This document shows, piece by piece, positions 22,177-32,141 of a stretch of 64,000 nucleotides of DNA. The translations under genes were made by a program, and so were the position numbers. Under the pieces are notes generated by a model, which was not told the DNA's origin, did not search any database, and saw nothing but the letters and a program-made list of their open reading frames with translations. Origin of the DNA: Polyangiales bacterium (lineage in GTDB: Bacteria > Myxococcota_A > Polyangia > Polyangiales > JADJQN01); assembly GCA_964202905.1 (NCBI GenBank), contig CAXNJO010000011.1, positions 1 to 64,000 on the forward strand, read 5' to 3'. Each line of letters begins with the position of its first letter. The first letter of the stretch is position 1.

Positions 22177-24438
22177 GTGCTCGATCCGCCGCGCCAACCC
22201 GGTCGCGACGCCGTCGCGCTCGGGCTGGCCGCGGGGGTGATCCTGCTGACGGCGCTCCTCGGCGCGGCGGTGTCCGTGCGCCTCGCGCACGGCGTCGCGA
22301 TCACGTGGCGTGTGCCGACGCCCGAGGGCCCGAGGCCCATCGCGACGACCTTCGAGCGCCGCCCCGTCATCCCGACCCGGCACCGCGTCACGGGCCGGCT
22401 CCTCGCGCACTATCCGTTCGCGCAGCTCGGCGTCCCGAAGACGCTGCCCGACCTCGACGCCGTCGTCGTCGCCGACCTCGACATCCCGCCCGGCCCGCCG
22501 CGCACGCTGCGCGTCGCGACGCCCAACGTCGTCAGCCTCGAGGTCGACGGGCGCCCCGCGCCGCTCGCCGTCCCCACGCTCGCGCGCCGCGTGCCCGCGC
22601 GCGCGCCCGGCGTGGCCCGCCTGCCCGGCGTGGTCGTGCCCGGCGTGGTCTCGCCCGGCAGCACCGCGCTCGCCGCGCCCCTGCCTGCGCCCGCGGGTAC
22701 GGCCCCCGCGCCGGAGGCCGTGTCCCCGCTGCCAGTCGGTGTCGGCCCGGGCGCGCCCGTCCCGGTGACGCGCCCCTTCGCGCCGGGGCGTCATCGCGTG
22801 CGCATCACGTGGCAGGGGCCGCTGCTCGACGCGAACGGCGTCGGTTTCGCGCTCAAGTGGCGCGCCGGCACGCAGCCCGAGCAGACGGTCCCCGCGCTCG
22901 CGCTCACCCCGCCCCCGGAGCACCGCGACGGACTCACGGCCGCGGTGCTCGCCGCGCTCGCGCTGCTCGGTGGGCTGCTCGCGTGGCTCGTCTTCCGGGC
23001 CGCGCGCGCCGAGCCCGATCTGCGCGGCCTGCGGCTCCACGGCGCCGCCGTCGTGCTGCTGCTCGCGCTCGGCGTGGCGGCGCGCGTCTACGACTTCCAG
23101 AACGCGCCCGACGTCTTCGAGAACGACGACTGGATGTTCGCGACGTGGAACGGCTGGTCGCTCCTCGAGGACGGCACCACGCGCGGCTGGTCGAGCTGGG
23201 CGCCCTGGTACGGCGACGACGTCCGCGTCGAGAAGCTCGTCTACTTCGAGTCCCACACGACGTGGGAGGTCATCACGCCCTACCTCGAGCACCCGCCGCT
23301 CCTGCACCTGCTCGCGGGCGCGGCCGCCCGGCTCGGCGGCGCGGCGCACTGGTCGCACGCGCGGCTCTGGCACGCGCGCCTCGTGCCGCTCGGGCTCGGC
23401 GTGCTCTCGCTCGCGCTGCTGCTCGCCGTGGCGCGCCGCCTCGCGCCGCGCGGCCCGGCGGCGCTCTTCGCGGGCACGCTCTACGCGTTCATCCCGTTCA
23501 TCGTGCTGCAGTCGCGCGAGGTCAAAGAGGAGGCGCTGCTCGTGCCGCTGCTCCTCGCCTCGCTGCTCTTCTTCCTGCGCTGGCGCGACGACGGTGAGCG
23601 CGCGGGCGATCTCGCGGCGGGCGCGTTGTGCGCGGGCGCCGCGACCCTCGCGAAGGTGCCGGGCGCGGCCTTCGTCCCGGCCTACGTGCTGCTCGTGCTC
23701 GCGCAGCCGCACCGCCCGTGGCGCGCCGCGGTCCGCGCGCTCGCGATCGGCGCGGGCGTCTCGCTGCTCCTCTTCGTCTACGGCGCGCTCGTCGACTGGC
23801 CGCTCTTCATGGACACCCTCGTCAAGCAGTCGAGCGGGCGCCCGACGCACTGGAACCTCTTCCCGCGCTGGATCGAGTACGCGATCGTCGATTTCAACCA
23901 GGTTGGCCGCGGCTGGCTCATCTTCCTTTGGCTCGGCTTCGTCGGGGGCGTGCGCCGCGACGCGCGCGCGGAGCTCGTGCTCGGCGTGCCGCTCGTCGCG
24001 TACATGGTGACCATCTCGCTCTCGTCCGGGAGCTGGACGTTCGGCTGGTACGCGATGCCGCTGCACGCGCTGCTCTGCCTCGGCGCGGGGCTCTTCCTCG
24101 CGGATCTCTGGGAGCGCCCGGATCTGCTGCGCGGCGCGCTCTTCATGCTGCTGCTCGTGATGTACGGCCTCAACTTCGTCGCGCCGATGGGCTGGTACGC
24201 CTCGCCCGCCGCGTGGATGCCGCTCCGCCGCTACGTCGCCGCCTTCGTGATCCCCGCGCTCAGCCCCTTCGCGCTCGCGACGCTCTTCCCCGGCCGCGCC
24301 GCGCACACGCTCGCCCGCGGCGCCATCGTGCTCGGATTGCTGCTCTTCGTGGGTCTCTCGCTCCACTTCATCGCGGGCTACGAGTCCTTCTCCGAAGAGT
24401 TCAAGAACTTCGACCGCAACCTCGGCTTCAATCCGTAG
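22177..24438 (+). CDS. ArnT/GT39-like GT-C glycosyltransferase with N-terminal PA14-like extracytoplasmic domain
   Basis: ENDD after a TM, YLEHPPL, ARL, SREVKEE, LAK motifs; ~12 TMs; N-terminal beta domain (GRHRVRITW...LKW). Confidence 0.78.
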   Translation: MLDPPRQPGRDAVALGLAAGVILLTALLGAAVSVRLAHGVAITWRVPTPEGPRPIATTFERRPVIPTRHRVTGRLLAHYPFAQLGVPKTLPDLDAVVVADLDIPPGPPRTLRVATPNVVSLEVDGRPAPLAVPTLARRVPARAPGVARLPGVVVPGVVSPGSTALAAPLPAPAGTAPAPEAVSPLPVGVGPGAPVPVTRPFAPGRHRVRITWQGPLLDANGVGFALKWRAGTQPEQTVPALALTPPPEHRDGLTAAVLAALALLGGLLAWLVFRAARAEPDLRGLRLHGAAVVLLLALGVAARVYDFQNAPDVFENDDWMFATWNGWSLLEDGTTRGWSSWAPWYGDDVRVEKLVYFESHTTWEVITPYLEHPPLLHLLAGAAARLGGAAHWSHARLWHARLVPLGLGVLSLALLLAVARRLAPRGPAALFAGTLYAFIPFIVLQSREVKEEALLVPLLLASLLFFLRWRDDGERAGDLAAGALCAGAATLAKVPGAAFVPAYVLLVLAQPHRPWRAAVRALAIGAGVSLLLFVYGALVDWPLFMDTLVKQSSGRPTHWNLFPRWIEYAIVDFNQVGRGWLIFLWLGFVGGVRRDARAELVLGVPLVAYMVTISLSSGSWTFGWYAMPLHALLCLGAGLFLADLWERPDLLRGALFMLLLVMYGLNFVAPMGWYASPAAWMPLRRYVAAFVIPALSPFALATLFPGRAAHTLARGAIVLGLLLFVGLSLHFIAGYESFSEEFKNFDRNLGFNP

Positions 24439-24479
24439 TGGCGCCGCTGGGCGCGCAGCGAGAGTAGGATTCGCCCCGC

Positions 24480-24866
24480 GTGTCCTCTCCGTTTCTCGCG
24501 CTCCCCGAGTCCGCCCACCTCGCCGCGAACGCGCTCGCCTTCGCGGTGCGCGACGCCTTCCCCGTGTCGCCGGGCCACACGCTCGTCGTCCCGCGCCGCC
24601 TCGTCGCGACGTGGTTCGACGCGACGCGCGACGAGCAGCACGCGATCCTCGCGCTCGTCGACACGTTGAAACACGCGCTCGACGCGGAGTTTCGCCCCGA
24701 CGGCTACAACGTCGGTTTCAACGCGGGCGAGGCCGCGGGCCAGACGGTCCTGCACCTGCACATCCACGTCATCCCCCGCTACGCCGGCGACGTCCCCGAC
24801 CCGCGCGGCGGCGTCCGCCACGTGATCCCCGGCAAGGGCAACTACCTCGCTGGCACGCCGCGATGA
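24480..24866 (+). CDS. HIT family nucleotide hydrolase
   Basis: DAFPVSPGHTLVVP, DGYNVGFNAGEAAGQTVLHLHIHVIPR (histidine triad). Confidence 0.92.
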   Translation: MSSPFLALPESAHLAANALAFAVRDAFPVSPGHTLVVPRRLVATWFDATRDEQHAILALVDTLKHALDAEFRPDGYNVGFNAGEAAGQTVLHLHIHVIPRYAGDVPDPRGGVRHVIPGKGNYLAGTPR

Positions 24867-26032
24867 GCCGCGCCGACGCGCCCCCGATCGACGTCGCCGA
24901 GCGCGTGCTGCGCATCCTCGACGAGGGCCGCTACACCGCGACGTACAAACAGGCTGTGTTGGTCGCGTTGCTGGATTTGTGTCTCGAACACACGAGCGAG
25001 AAGGGGATTCCTCCACAGACCATCACGACACGGCAGCTCGCCGAGAAGGTCTGTGCGCTGTATTGGCCGCACACCCGCGTCTGGGCGACGGAATCCGGCG
25101 GACGCGTCCTCGTCCAGAACCGCTCCGGGAGCCCGGCGACCCTCGCGCGTGGCGGCGGCATCGTCGGGAAGATCCGAGAATTTCGCGAGCAGATCGAGGC
25201 GCAGCGGCCGGGCTCCGCGGGCCTCTCGCTCGCTTCGGTCTCGCGCATGTCGGGATTCGAAGCGCTGATTCACGACATCGAGTGGACGCTCATCGACATG
25301 CCGCTGCCGAAGCTGCAGCGCATCGGCGAGCGAAATCCCGAGTGGCTCTATCACCTCCACTGGCGCGACCGCGACGAGCGCGACCCGGCACAGCGCGACA
25401 AGCCCCTTGCCAAGCGGAGCGACGTCGGGCGCGCACAGCGCGGGGAGCGCTCGTCGTTCAACAATCAGATCTATCTCCAGCCCGGTGTCGCCGCCGCCTT
25501 CGCGCGGCTCCATGCGCTCCTGCGCCCCTACATCCTCCGCCACTGGGCCGGACAGGTCGTGCAGCTCAACCAGCTCCCCGACGACGACGTGATGGTGTTT
25601 CTCTTCGATCACGAGCGGGCCGACACGGGGCCGGTCCGCGCGCCCCTCGTCGCGATCCAGGGCGGGCGTTGCTTCTATTGCGAGCGTCCCATTCCCGACA
25701 ACGCCCACGTCGACCATTTCATCCCGTGGGCGCGCCACCCCGACAATGGCCTCCACAACCTCGTCGCCGCCGACGCGCGCTGCAACGGCGCCAAACGCGA
25801 CTACCTCGCATCCGCCGCGCACCTCGAGAAATGGCGCGATCGCGCCGTCGCCCAACACGAATCCCTCGCTCACATCGCCGCCGAGACGCGCTGGGAGGAG
25901 GGCGCCTCACGCATCGTCGGCGTCGCCCGCGCCATCTACCTCACGCTCCCCCGCGAGATGCCTTTGTGGCAGCGCGCGCGGGAGTTCGAGCCGAGCGATC
26001 CGGACGCGCTGCGCCGCGTGCTCGTGGCGTGA
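24863..26032 (+). CDS. HNH endonuclease with N-terminal helical (TYK-motif) domain
   Basis: ATYKQAVLVALLD; CFYC...HVDHFIPW...NLVAADARCNGAK; ATGA overlap with HIT gene. Confidence 0.88.
   Translation: MSRADAPPIDVAERVLRILDEGRYTATYKQAVLVALLDLCLEHTSEKGIPPQTITTRQLAEKVCALYWPHTRVWATESGGRVLVQNRSGSPATLARGGGIVGKIREFREQIEAQRPGSAGLSLASVSRMSGFEALIHDIEWTLIDMPLPKLQRIGERNPEWLYHLHWRDRDERDPAQRDKPLAKRSDVGRAQRGERSSFNNQIYLQPGVAAAFARLHALLRPYILRHWAGQVVQLNQLPDDDVMVFLFDHERADTGPVRAPLVAIQGGRCFYCERPIPDNAHVDHFIPWARHPDNGLHNLVAADARCNGAKRDYLASAAHLEKWRDRAVAQHESLAHIAAETRWEEGASRIVGVARAIYLTLPREMPLWQRAREFEPSDPDALRRVLVA
25910..26004 (+). repeat. 95-bp direct repeat, copy 1 (3' end of HNH gene)
   Basis: Identical by eye to 27324-27418. 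Confidence 0.95.
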
Positions 26033-26154
26033 TGGGCGATGCGCGGGAGGGCGTCTGCCGGCAGATTTGCGTGGATTTTACGTCGTGATGAGCGGTTGGC
26101 CTTCATCCGGTAGCCCCGTTGATACGTGGATGGACGAATCGCTATACGTCCGCG

Positions 26155-27318
26155 ATGCGAATGGTTTGTCCGAAGCTGATTCCCCTGGCGCTCACGGCGA
26201 TCCTGGCCGCGAGCGGCTGTTTCCACACCCACACGTTCTTGCCGACGGGGCGCCCGGGGATCGTCGAGGGATCCAATCGTCCGATCTCCAGCTTGTCCGG
26301 CCGACGTGTGCTCGTCCTCAGCCCCGTGTCGCTGCAACAGGTCGCTCCGGACGTCACGCTCGAGACGACCGCCGCGCCCTCGGCGGCGGGCGCGACCGCC
26401 ACCGGGGTCTTGCAGACCGAGGACTACAACCTCGCGGTGTCCGCCGCGGAGCGTGCATTGCTCGACTCGGGATGGCAGCCGATGACCCAAGCGGTCCTCG
26501 CGCGGGCCGGTCAGGACCAGGAACTCCAGGGGGGTATTGCGACCTTGCGGCGAGACGGTCAACTCTCGCCCCTGCAGGTGGCGCTTCTCCTCGCGCGCCA
26601 CTCAGGCACGGACCTGCTCATGCTCATCCGACTCGTCAAGCTTGCGGAGCGTGAGCGAATTGGTCAGCCCCATTTGTGCGGGCCTGGGGTGGTCGTATTC
26701 GAGGCCGCGACCGACGTGGTCATCGTGTCCAGCCAGACTGGTGACGTCTTGTGGTCTGGGCGCTCTCTTGTCGACTCGCGGGATCTCCTTCGAGGCCCTA
26801 CATCATTTGGGCAAACTGAGTGCGGCGTCCCCTCTTTAACAAATCAAACTGAACCTGATGTGTTCTGCGTGCCACCGTACGACGCAGACCAGCCCTCAGC
26901 TTGTGTTCCGCGCGAGGGCAGTCGGCTTGTCGAGCGCGCGGTCGAGCTCGTCGTTCGCCGTCTGAGTGAATTGGCGAGCTCCGCCATGAACTCGGCCGGT
27001 GGCGCGACCGCGGGCGAGGCCTGCCAGCCCGGTCAGGAGCGAAGTGCGGACACGCAGGGCCATTGCTGCTGGCCGGGGCAGGCCTGGTCGGGCGCGCGGC
27101 AGAGCTGCGTGGGCGATGCGACGTGTGGTGAGGGGTTTCAGCCCGATGGGCAGGGGGGCTGCGTCGTCGCGGGGTGCCGCCCGGGGCAGGTCAGCTCGGC
27201 CGATACGCAGGGCCACTGCTGCTGGCCGGGGCAGGCCTGGTCGAGCGCCCGCAACGCCTGCGTCGGCGCTCCGGAGTGCCCGAGCGGAATGATGGCCGCC
27301 GGCGCCGATTGTCGCTGA
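26155..27318 (+). CDS. Predicted lipoprotein with alpha/beta domain and two C-terminal Cys-rich CCWPGQ repeats
   Basis: Lipobox LAASGC; two 51-aa-spaced repeats C.PGQ..SADTQGHCCWPGQAWS.AR..CVG; more A/T-ending codons than flanking genes. Confidence 0.75.
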   Translation: MRMVCPKLIPLALTAILAASGCFHTHTFLPTGRPGIVEGSNRPISSLSGRRVLVLSPVSLQQVAPDVTLETTAAPSAAGATATGVLQTEDYNLAVSAAERALLDSGWQPMTQAVLARAGQDQELQGGIATLRRDGQLSPLQVALLLARHSGTDLLMLIRLVKLAERERIGQPHLCGPGVVVFEAATDVVIVSSQTGDVLWSGRSLVDSRDLLRGPTSFGQTECGVPSLTNQTEPDVFCVPPYDADQPSACVPREGSRLVERAVELVVRRLSELASSAMNSAGGATAGEACQPGQERSADTQGHCCWPGQAWSGARQSCVGDATCGEGFQPDGQGGCVVAGCRPGQVSSADTQGHCCWPGQAWSSARNACVGAPECPSGMMAAGADCR

Positions 27319-27323
27319 GCGCG

Positions 27324-27446
27324 CGCATCGTCGGCGTCGCCCGCGCCATCTACCTCACGCTCCCCCGCGAGATGCCTTTGTGGCAGCGCGCGCGGGAGTT
27401 CGAGCCGAGCGATCCGGAGGCTTTGCAACGGATTCTCGTCGCGTGA
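27324..27446 (+). pseudogene. Orphan duplicate of HNH 3' end (repeat copy 2 plus diverged tail)
   Basis: Encodes RIVGVARAIYLTLPREMPLWQRAREFEPSDP then EALQRILVA* (versus DALRRVLVA* in the intact gene); no credible start of its own. Confidence 0.9.
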
Positions 27447-27510
27447 TCACGACCGACGCTGCCGGGTATTGCGACGCGTACCGGACGTCACGACGGGGAC
27501 CGGCGGGTGA

Positions 27511-28389
27511 TCACGTCTCCGCGAGAAAGCGCGTGATTCGGTCGCTCAGCCACGCACGGAACTCCGGTGTCGTCGGCGGACAGTGGTTGGAGTCCTTCAG
27601 CAACTCGGTGTCGGTCAGCGTCGGGAAGAGCTTCCTCGCGCGGTCGAGAAGCATCGGCCCGGGGAAGCTCGCGTCGCGGTCGGCGCCGATCACCAGCACG
27701 GGCGCGGTGAGTTTGGCGAACTCACCGTCGCGGGCGAGTCGCGGCACTTTCATGCCCGCCATGTCGTAGGCGCGGAAGGCGTCGCCCAGGAAGCGCCGCC
27801 AGTCGTCGTCCTTCGTCGTGAGGAGATTCGCGACGAACGCGTCGAGGTTCGCCTCGCTGGGGCGGAACAGATAGACCGTCATTGGCCATCCCACGCGTCG
27901 AAAGCCTTCGAAAAATGGCCCGCTCACGATGCCGGCGGGCACGAGGAGCGCGAGCCGCGTGATCCTCTCGGGGGCCACCGCGGCGAGGCGCTGCGCCACG
28001 AAGCCTCCCCAACTCACCCCGACGATGTGCGCCTGAGGGAGCGAGAGGCCGTCGAGGACCTCCGCGAGCCAGAGCCCGTACGAGTCGTCTTTCACCGACG
28101 GACGCTGGTCGGCGCTCATCACCGACTGTCCGACCACGTCGATCGCGTACACGCGGAACGCGCCGAGGAGCCCCTCCAGCTCGGCCAGCGCATGGGCGGA
28201 ACTCGCCATCGCCCCATGGAGCAGGACGAGCGGTGGGGCGGTCTCCGGGCCGCCCACGAGGATGTGTGCTTCGCCGAAGCGGGTCATGACGCGACGCCGT
28301 TCCGTGGGCGCGCTCAGGCGTGCGTGAAACTTCTCGAACCACGCGGCGACCTCCGCGCGTGCGGCCTCGCTCTTGAACATCGATGTCAT
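27511..28389 (-). CDS. Alpha/beta fold hydrolase
   Basis: LVLLHG, GVSWGG nucleophile elbow, late Asp and His (SNHCP). Confidence 0.9.
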   Translation of the reverse strand: MTSMFKSEAARAEVAAWFEKFHARLSAPTERRRVMTRFGEAHILVGGPETAPPLVLLHGAMASSAHALAELEGLLGAFRVYAIDVVGQSVMSADQRPSVKDDSYGLWLAEVLDGLSLPQAHIVGVSWGGFVAQRLAAVAPERITRLALLVPAGIVSGPFFEGFRRVGWPMTVYLFRPSEANLDAFVANLLTTKDDDWRRFLGDAFRAYDMAGMKVPRLARDGEFAKLTAPVLVIGADRDASFPGPMLLDRARKLFPTLTDTELLKDSNHCPPTTPEFRAWLSDRITRFLAET

Positions 28390-28480
28390 CGGCGTGTTCT
28401 CTCGTTGGGCAGGACGTCTCGTATCCTGGCCGGGCGCGAGGCTCCCATGGGAAACGGGCTCCGTGCTAGACCGAACCGCC

Positions 28481-29374
28481 ATGCAACTGCCGCGCGAGCG
28501 AGCGAGACGAGGTTGCCCGGAACGCGTCGCCCTGCGCTCGGTGACCATTTTGCAGGCAGTGGCGGTGGGCCTGTGCCTCGCCCGGCTGCTCTTCTCGCCC
28601 CCTTCGGCGCGGGCCTTCGGTTGGACACAGCCGCGTGGCGCGCACTATCTGCGTGTCTGGAATCGGCTGAACATCGGCAATCGCGGGATTTTCGCCGATG
28701 GGCGGCTGCGGCCGCTCGGTGCGGTCTTCGTCGACACGCAGGCGAACTACTACCTCGAATACGGGCTCACCGATGCACTCACGATCGTCGGTTTCGGCGC
28801 GCCGCTCGGCGTGGCGACGATGGGTGATGAATCGACCTTCTACACCGGCCCGCTGAGCGGGGGATTGAGATGGGGATTTGCGGCGGGCTCGTGGCGGTTC
28901 GCGGCAGAGGCGCACTACGGATATGCGCCCTCGCTCGGCGCGCGGGCGATTGCGGGGGGAGTCGCGGACGGATATACGTGGTTCTATGCCCCCGCCGCCG
29001 GCACGCATCGGGGGGAATTCGAGTTGCAGTTCGGGCGCGGCGTCGGCGCGCGGGGATGGGTGACGGGAAACGTCGGCGGGCGCTTGTTTTCAGCGGCCGA
29101 TTTCGGGCCCGCGCTCTACGGCTCCGTGCAGTTCGGATGGGCGTTTTTCTCGGGGTTTACCGTCGCCGCCACGGTGCAGGCGCACCAGCCGCTCGTCGCC
29201 GTCACGGCCACCAACGTCTCGGGTGTCTCAGCGACACGCTACGTGGGGTTCGCCTTGGATGTATCGTATTGGCTGAATCCCCACTGGGCGCTCACCGCGG
29301 GATTCGGCGGTGCCTTTGCGGCGCAGGCCAACGCGGCGGCCGCGCCGGTTCTGCTCGGTTTCGAGCACCGCTGA
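28481..29374 (+). CDS. Exported protein, probable outer-membrane beta-barrel (start uncertain, 28481 or 28541)
   Basis: Signal-like segment ending ARA-FGW; alternating aromatic strands (YYLEYGLTD, LDVSYWLNPHWAL); C-terminal LLGFEHR. Confidence 0.6.
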   Translation: MQLPRERARRGCPERVALRSVTILQAVAVGLCLARLLFSPPSARAFGWTQPRGAHYLRVWNRLNIGNRGIFADGRLRPLGAVFVDTQANYYLEYGLTDALTIVGFGAPLGVATMGDESTFYTGPLSGGLRWGFAAGSWRFAAEAHYGYAPSLGARAIAGGVADGYTWFYAPAAGTHRGEFELQFGRGVGARGWVTGNVGGRLFSAADFGPALYGSVQFGWAFFSGFTVAATVQAHQPLVAVTATNVSGVSATRYVGFALDVSYWLNPHWALTAGFGGAFAAQANAAAAPVLLGFEHR

Positions 29375-29440
29375 GAATCCCGCGCTCGGGCGGAGCGTGG
29401 ATGTTCCGGAATGGCACGCTCGGCGTGCGCAACGCCGCGC

Positions 29441-30614
29441 TCAGCCGCGGCGTGCGAGCCGGCGCAGCGCGTCGCGGAGCGGTGCGAAGCCTGATTCGAA
29501 GTGAAAGCGCGTGTCGAAGGCCGTGCGCGCGGCGCGGCTGCGGGCGTCGTAGGCGTCGTCGTCCGCGAGGAGGCGCGTGACCGCGGCGGCGACGCTCACC
29601 GGGTCGGTCGGATCGGCGAAGGCCACCCAGCTCTCGCCCGCGAGCGCCTCGCGGAATGCGGGGTTGTCGGGCACGACCGTGGGCACGCCGCAGGCCGCGT
29701 ACTCGTAGAGTTTGTTGGTCGCCGTCGCGTTGAAGATCATGTTCGTCTCGCGCGGCTGATAGAGCACCAAGCCCACGAGCGCCTCGGGCGTCTCCCGGTT
29801 CAGCTGCTCGTAGGGGACGAAACCTCCGAGCTGCACGCGTGTGCGGACGCCGAGCGTGTCGGAGAGCGCGCGGACCTCGTCGCCGAAGGCGGGGCGCGCG
29901 GTGCCGCAGAGGCGGAGCGTGAGGTCGGGCGCGACGTGCGGCAGCGCGCGGATCATCTGGAGGATGCCGTTGTCCGGCCCGAGCGCACCGCGATAGAGCA
30001 GCTGGCGCGTCTCCCGACGCCGCCGGAGCAGCGACGGCCAGTCGGCTGGCGGCGGGAACGTCTCGCGTCGCGGGTAGTTCGGGACGATGAGCGGCGGCGC
30101 GCGGATCGCGCGTGAGTCGCTGGTGCAGGGCGGCGCGGCGCGCCTCGGGGAACACGACCAGATCGGTGTGGCGGGAGAGCCGCAGCGCGGCCTGCCGGAC
30201 CCAGCTCTGCAGCGATTTCGGATCGAGGGGGGCGGGGTCTTCGATCTCGTGGCGCTGGTAGACGATGCCGTCGCGACGGCCGGCGAGCGCGAGGGCGACG
30301 AGCGCGTGCGGCTCGTAGGCGAGCACGACGGCGGGGCGCTCTTCGGCGAGCGCGCGTCGGAGCGCGCGGGCGAACCCGAGGAACTCGCCGAGCCGGACGA
30401 GGGCGGGGCGCGCGTCCTTCTCGCGATCGGCGATGGCCGGTCCGACCCGATCGACGCGCAGATCCGCAGGCCAGCACACGCCAGGCGGCTCCGCGTTCGC
30501 GCGGCAGACGACGCGCACCCGGAAGTCCTCGTGCAGCGCGAGCGCGGCGTTGTAGGTCGGCGGGTAGCGGTCGGGGTTGGCGTAGAAGGCCACCAGCAGG
30601 GTGGGCCGCGTCAC
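29441..30614 (-). CDS. GT4 glycosyltransferase (frameshift ~30100)
   Basis: N-part YPP...YQRHE in one frame; C-part IVPNYP, LLYRGAL, TNKLYEYAACGVP in the next. Confidence 0.85.
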
Positions 30615-31702
30615 GGCGCGATGCCTGCGCGTCCCGCGAGCGCGGCGACGATGCGCTCGGCCGCGCGGCCGTCGCCGTAGGGGTTTGGCGCGGGCAGCGG
30701 CCCGGCGTAGGGCGGCTCGCCCCACGCGGCGTCGAGCGCGGCGCGCACGCTCGCGCGCGTGCGGCCCGCGAGGCGGTTCTGGCCGGTCGCGAGGGCCTCC
30801 GGGCGCTCCGTCGTCTCGCGCGCGACGAGGACGGTCTTGCCAAGCGAGGGCGCTTCTTCCTGCAAGCCGCCGGAGTCCGTGAGCACGAGCCGGCAGCTCG
30901 CGAGCATGCCGGTGAACGGCACGTAGGGCTGGGGCCCGACGCGCTCGAGGCGCGGACACGAGGCGAGCACCTCGTCGAGCACGCGGGCCACCTCGGGGTT
31001 CGGGTGCACGGGCCAGAGCGCGCGCGCCTCGGGGGTCGCCTCGAGGAAGTCGCGCAGGCCGAGCGCGATCGCGCGCAGCGGCTCGCCGAAAGACTCCCGG
31101 CGATGCAGCGTGACGAGCACGGTCCCCGGTGCGCAGCGCGCCTCGCTGCGTGCCACCGCCCAGAGGAGCGCGTCGACGCCGGTGTTGCCGGTCACGAGGA
31201 CGCGGTCGGCCGGGACGCGCTCGGAGAGCAGGTTGTCGCGCGAGAGCGTCGTGGGGGCGAAGCACCAGGTGGCGATCCGCGCGACGAGCTGGCGGTTCGC
31301 CTCCTCGGGGAAGGGGTGCGCGTGATCGTACGTGCGCAGGCCCGCTTCGACGTGCCCCACCGGGATGTGCTGGTAGTAGGCGGCGAGCGCGGCCGCGAAG
31401 GCCGTCGTGGTGTCGCCCTGCACGAGCAGCACGTCGGGGCGGATGCGCTCGAGCAGCGGCGGCAGGCGCTCGAGCACGCGCGCGGTGACCGCGCTCGGCG
31501 TCTGGCCCGGCGTCATCACCTCGAGGTCGTGGTCGGGCACGAGCTCGAGCGGGCGCAGCGCGCTCTCGAGCAGCTCGCGGTGCTGTCCGGTCGAGACGAG
31601 CACCGGCGTGAACGCCCCCGACGCCGCGAGCGCGCGCACGACGGGCGCCATCTTGATGGCCTCGGGCCGGGTTCCGACGATGATCGCAGCGCGCGGGGTC
31701 AC
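30611..31702 (-). CDS. wecB: UDP-N-acetylglucosamine 2-epimerase (non-hydrolysing)
   Basis: GTRPEAIKMAP, TGQH, QGDTTT, HVEAGLRT, PEEANR, HRRE, TDSGGLQEEAP, NPYGDG. Confidence 0.95.
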   Translation of the reverse strand: MTPRAAIIVGTRPEAIKMAPVVRALAASGAFTPVLVSTGQHRELLESALRPLELVPDHDLEVMTPGQTPSAVTARVLERLPPLLERIRPDVLLVQGDTTTAFAAALAAYYQHIPVGHVEAGLRTYDHAHPFPEEANRQLVARIATWCFAPTTLSRDNLLSERVPADRVLVTGNTGVDALLWAVARSEARCAPGTVLVTLHRRESFGEPLRAIALGLRDFLEATPEARALWPVHPNPEVARVLDEVLASCPRLERVGPQPYVPFTGMLASCRLVLTDSGGLQEEAPSLGKTVLVARETTERPEALATGQNRLAGRTRASVRAALDAAWGEPPYAGPLPAPNPYGDGRAAERIVAALAGRAGIAP

Positions 31703-32141
31703 GGGGTCCGCCGGGTTGTGCGCAGGGCCGCGTTGGGTGTCAAGCGCGGGGCGGGCAGCCCCGGCGCACGCGTGCATCGCGGCTCCGGCGTGCGCACGCA
31801 TCGAAGCCGGCCGCGCGTCGTCGGCGCGCTCGCCCACCGACGACCCGCGACGCGCGTCGTTCGGCGGCGCCTCGTCGCGGACTCCGTGCGCGTGTCATCC
31901 TTGCGCTCCGACGCGACACCGAACAGAGCACCGCTGCGCGCGCCGCTCCGGTCGGGGCCCGCTGCGCGCCTCGCCCGACAGGACCCATGACGACGCACTT
32001 CCTCCGCGGCGACCGCGCCGACTTCGTCGACGACGCCTCCCTCGGTGATTCCCAGAGCCCAACCGACCTCGGCCGGAGCCCTCCGAGCGCGCGCGTCGCG
32101 CCGCAAACAACCACCGCCTCGGGCCACGCGGGAGCGCTGCC

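Noticed and set aside
25910..27446. Repeat pair as DGR template/variable region
   Set aside because: Differences are not adenine-specific, cluster only in the last 28 nt, and no reverse transcriptase is present.
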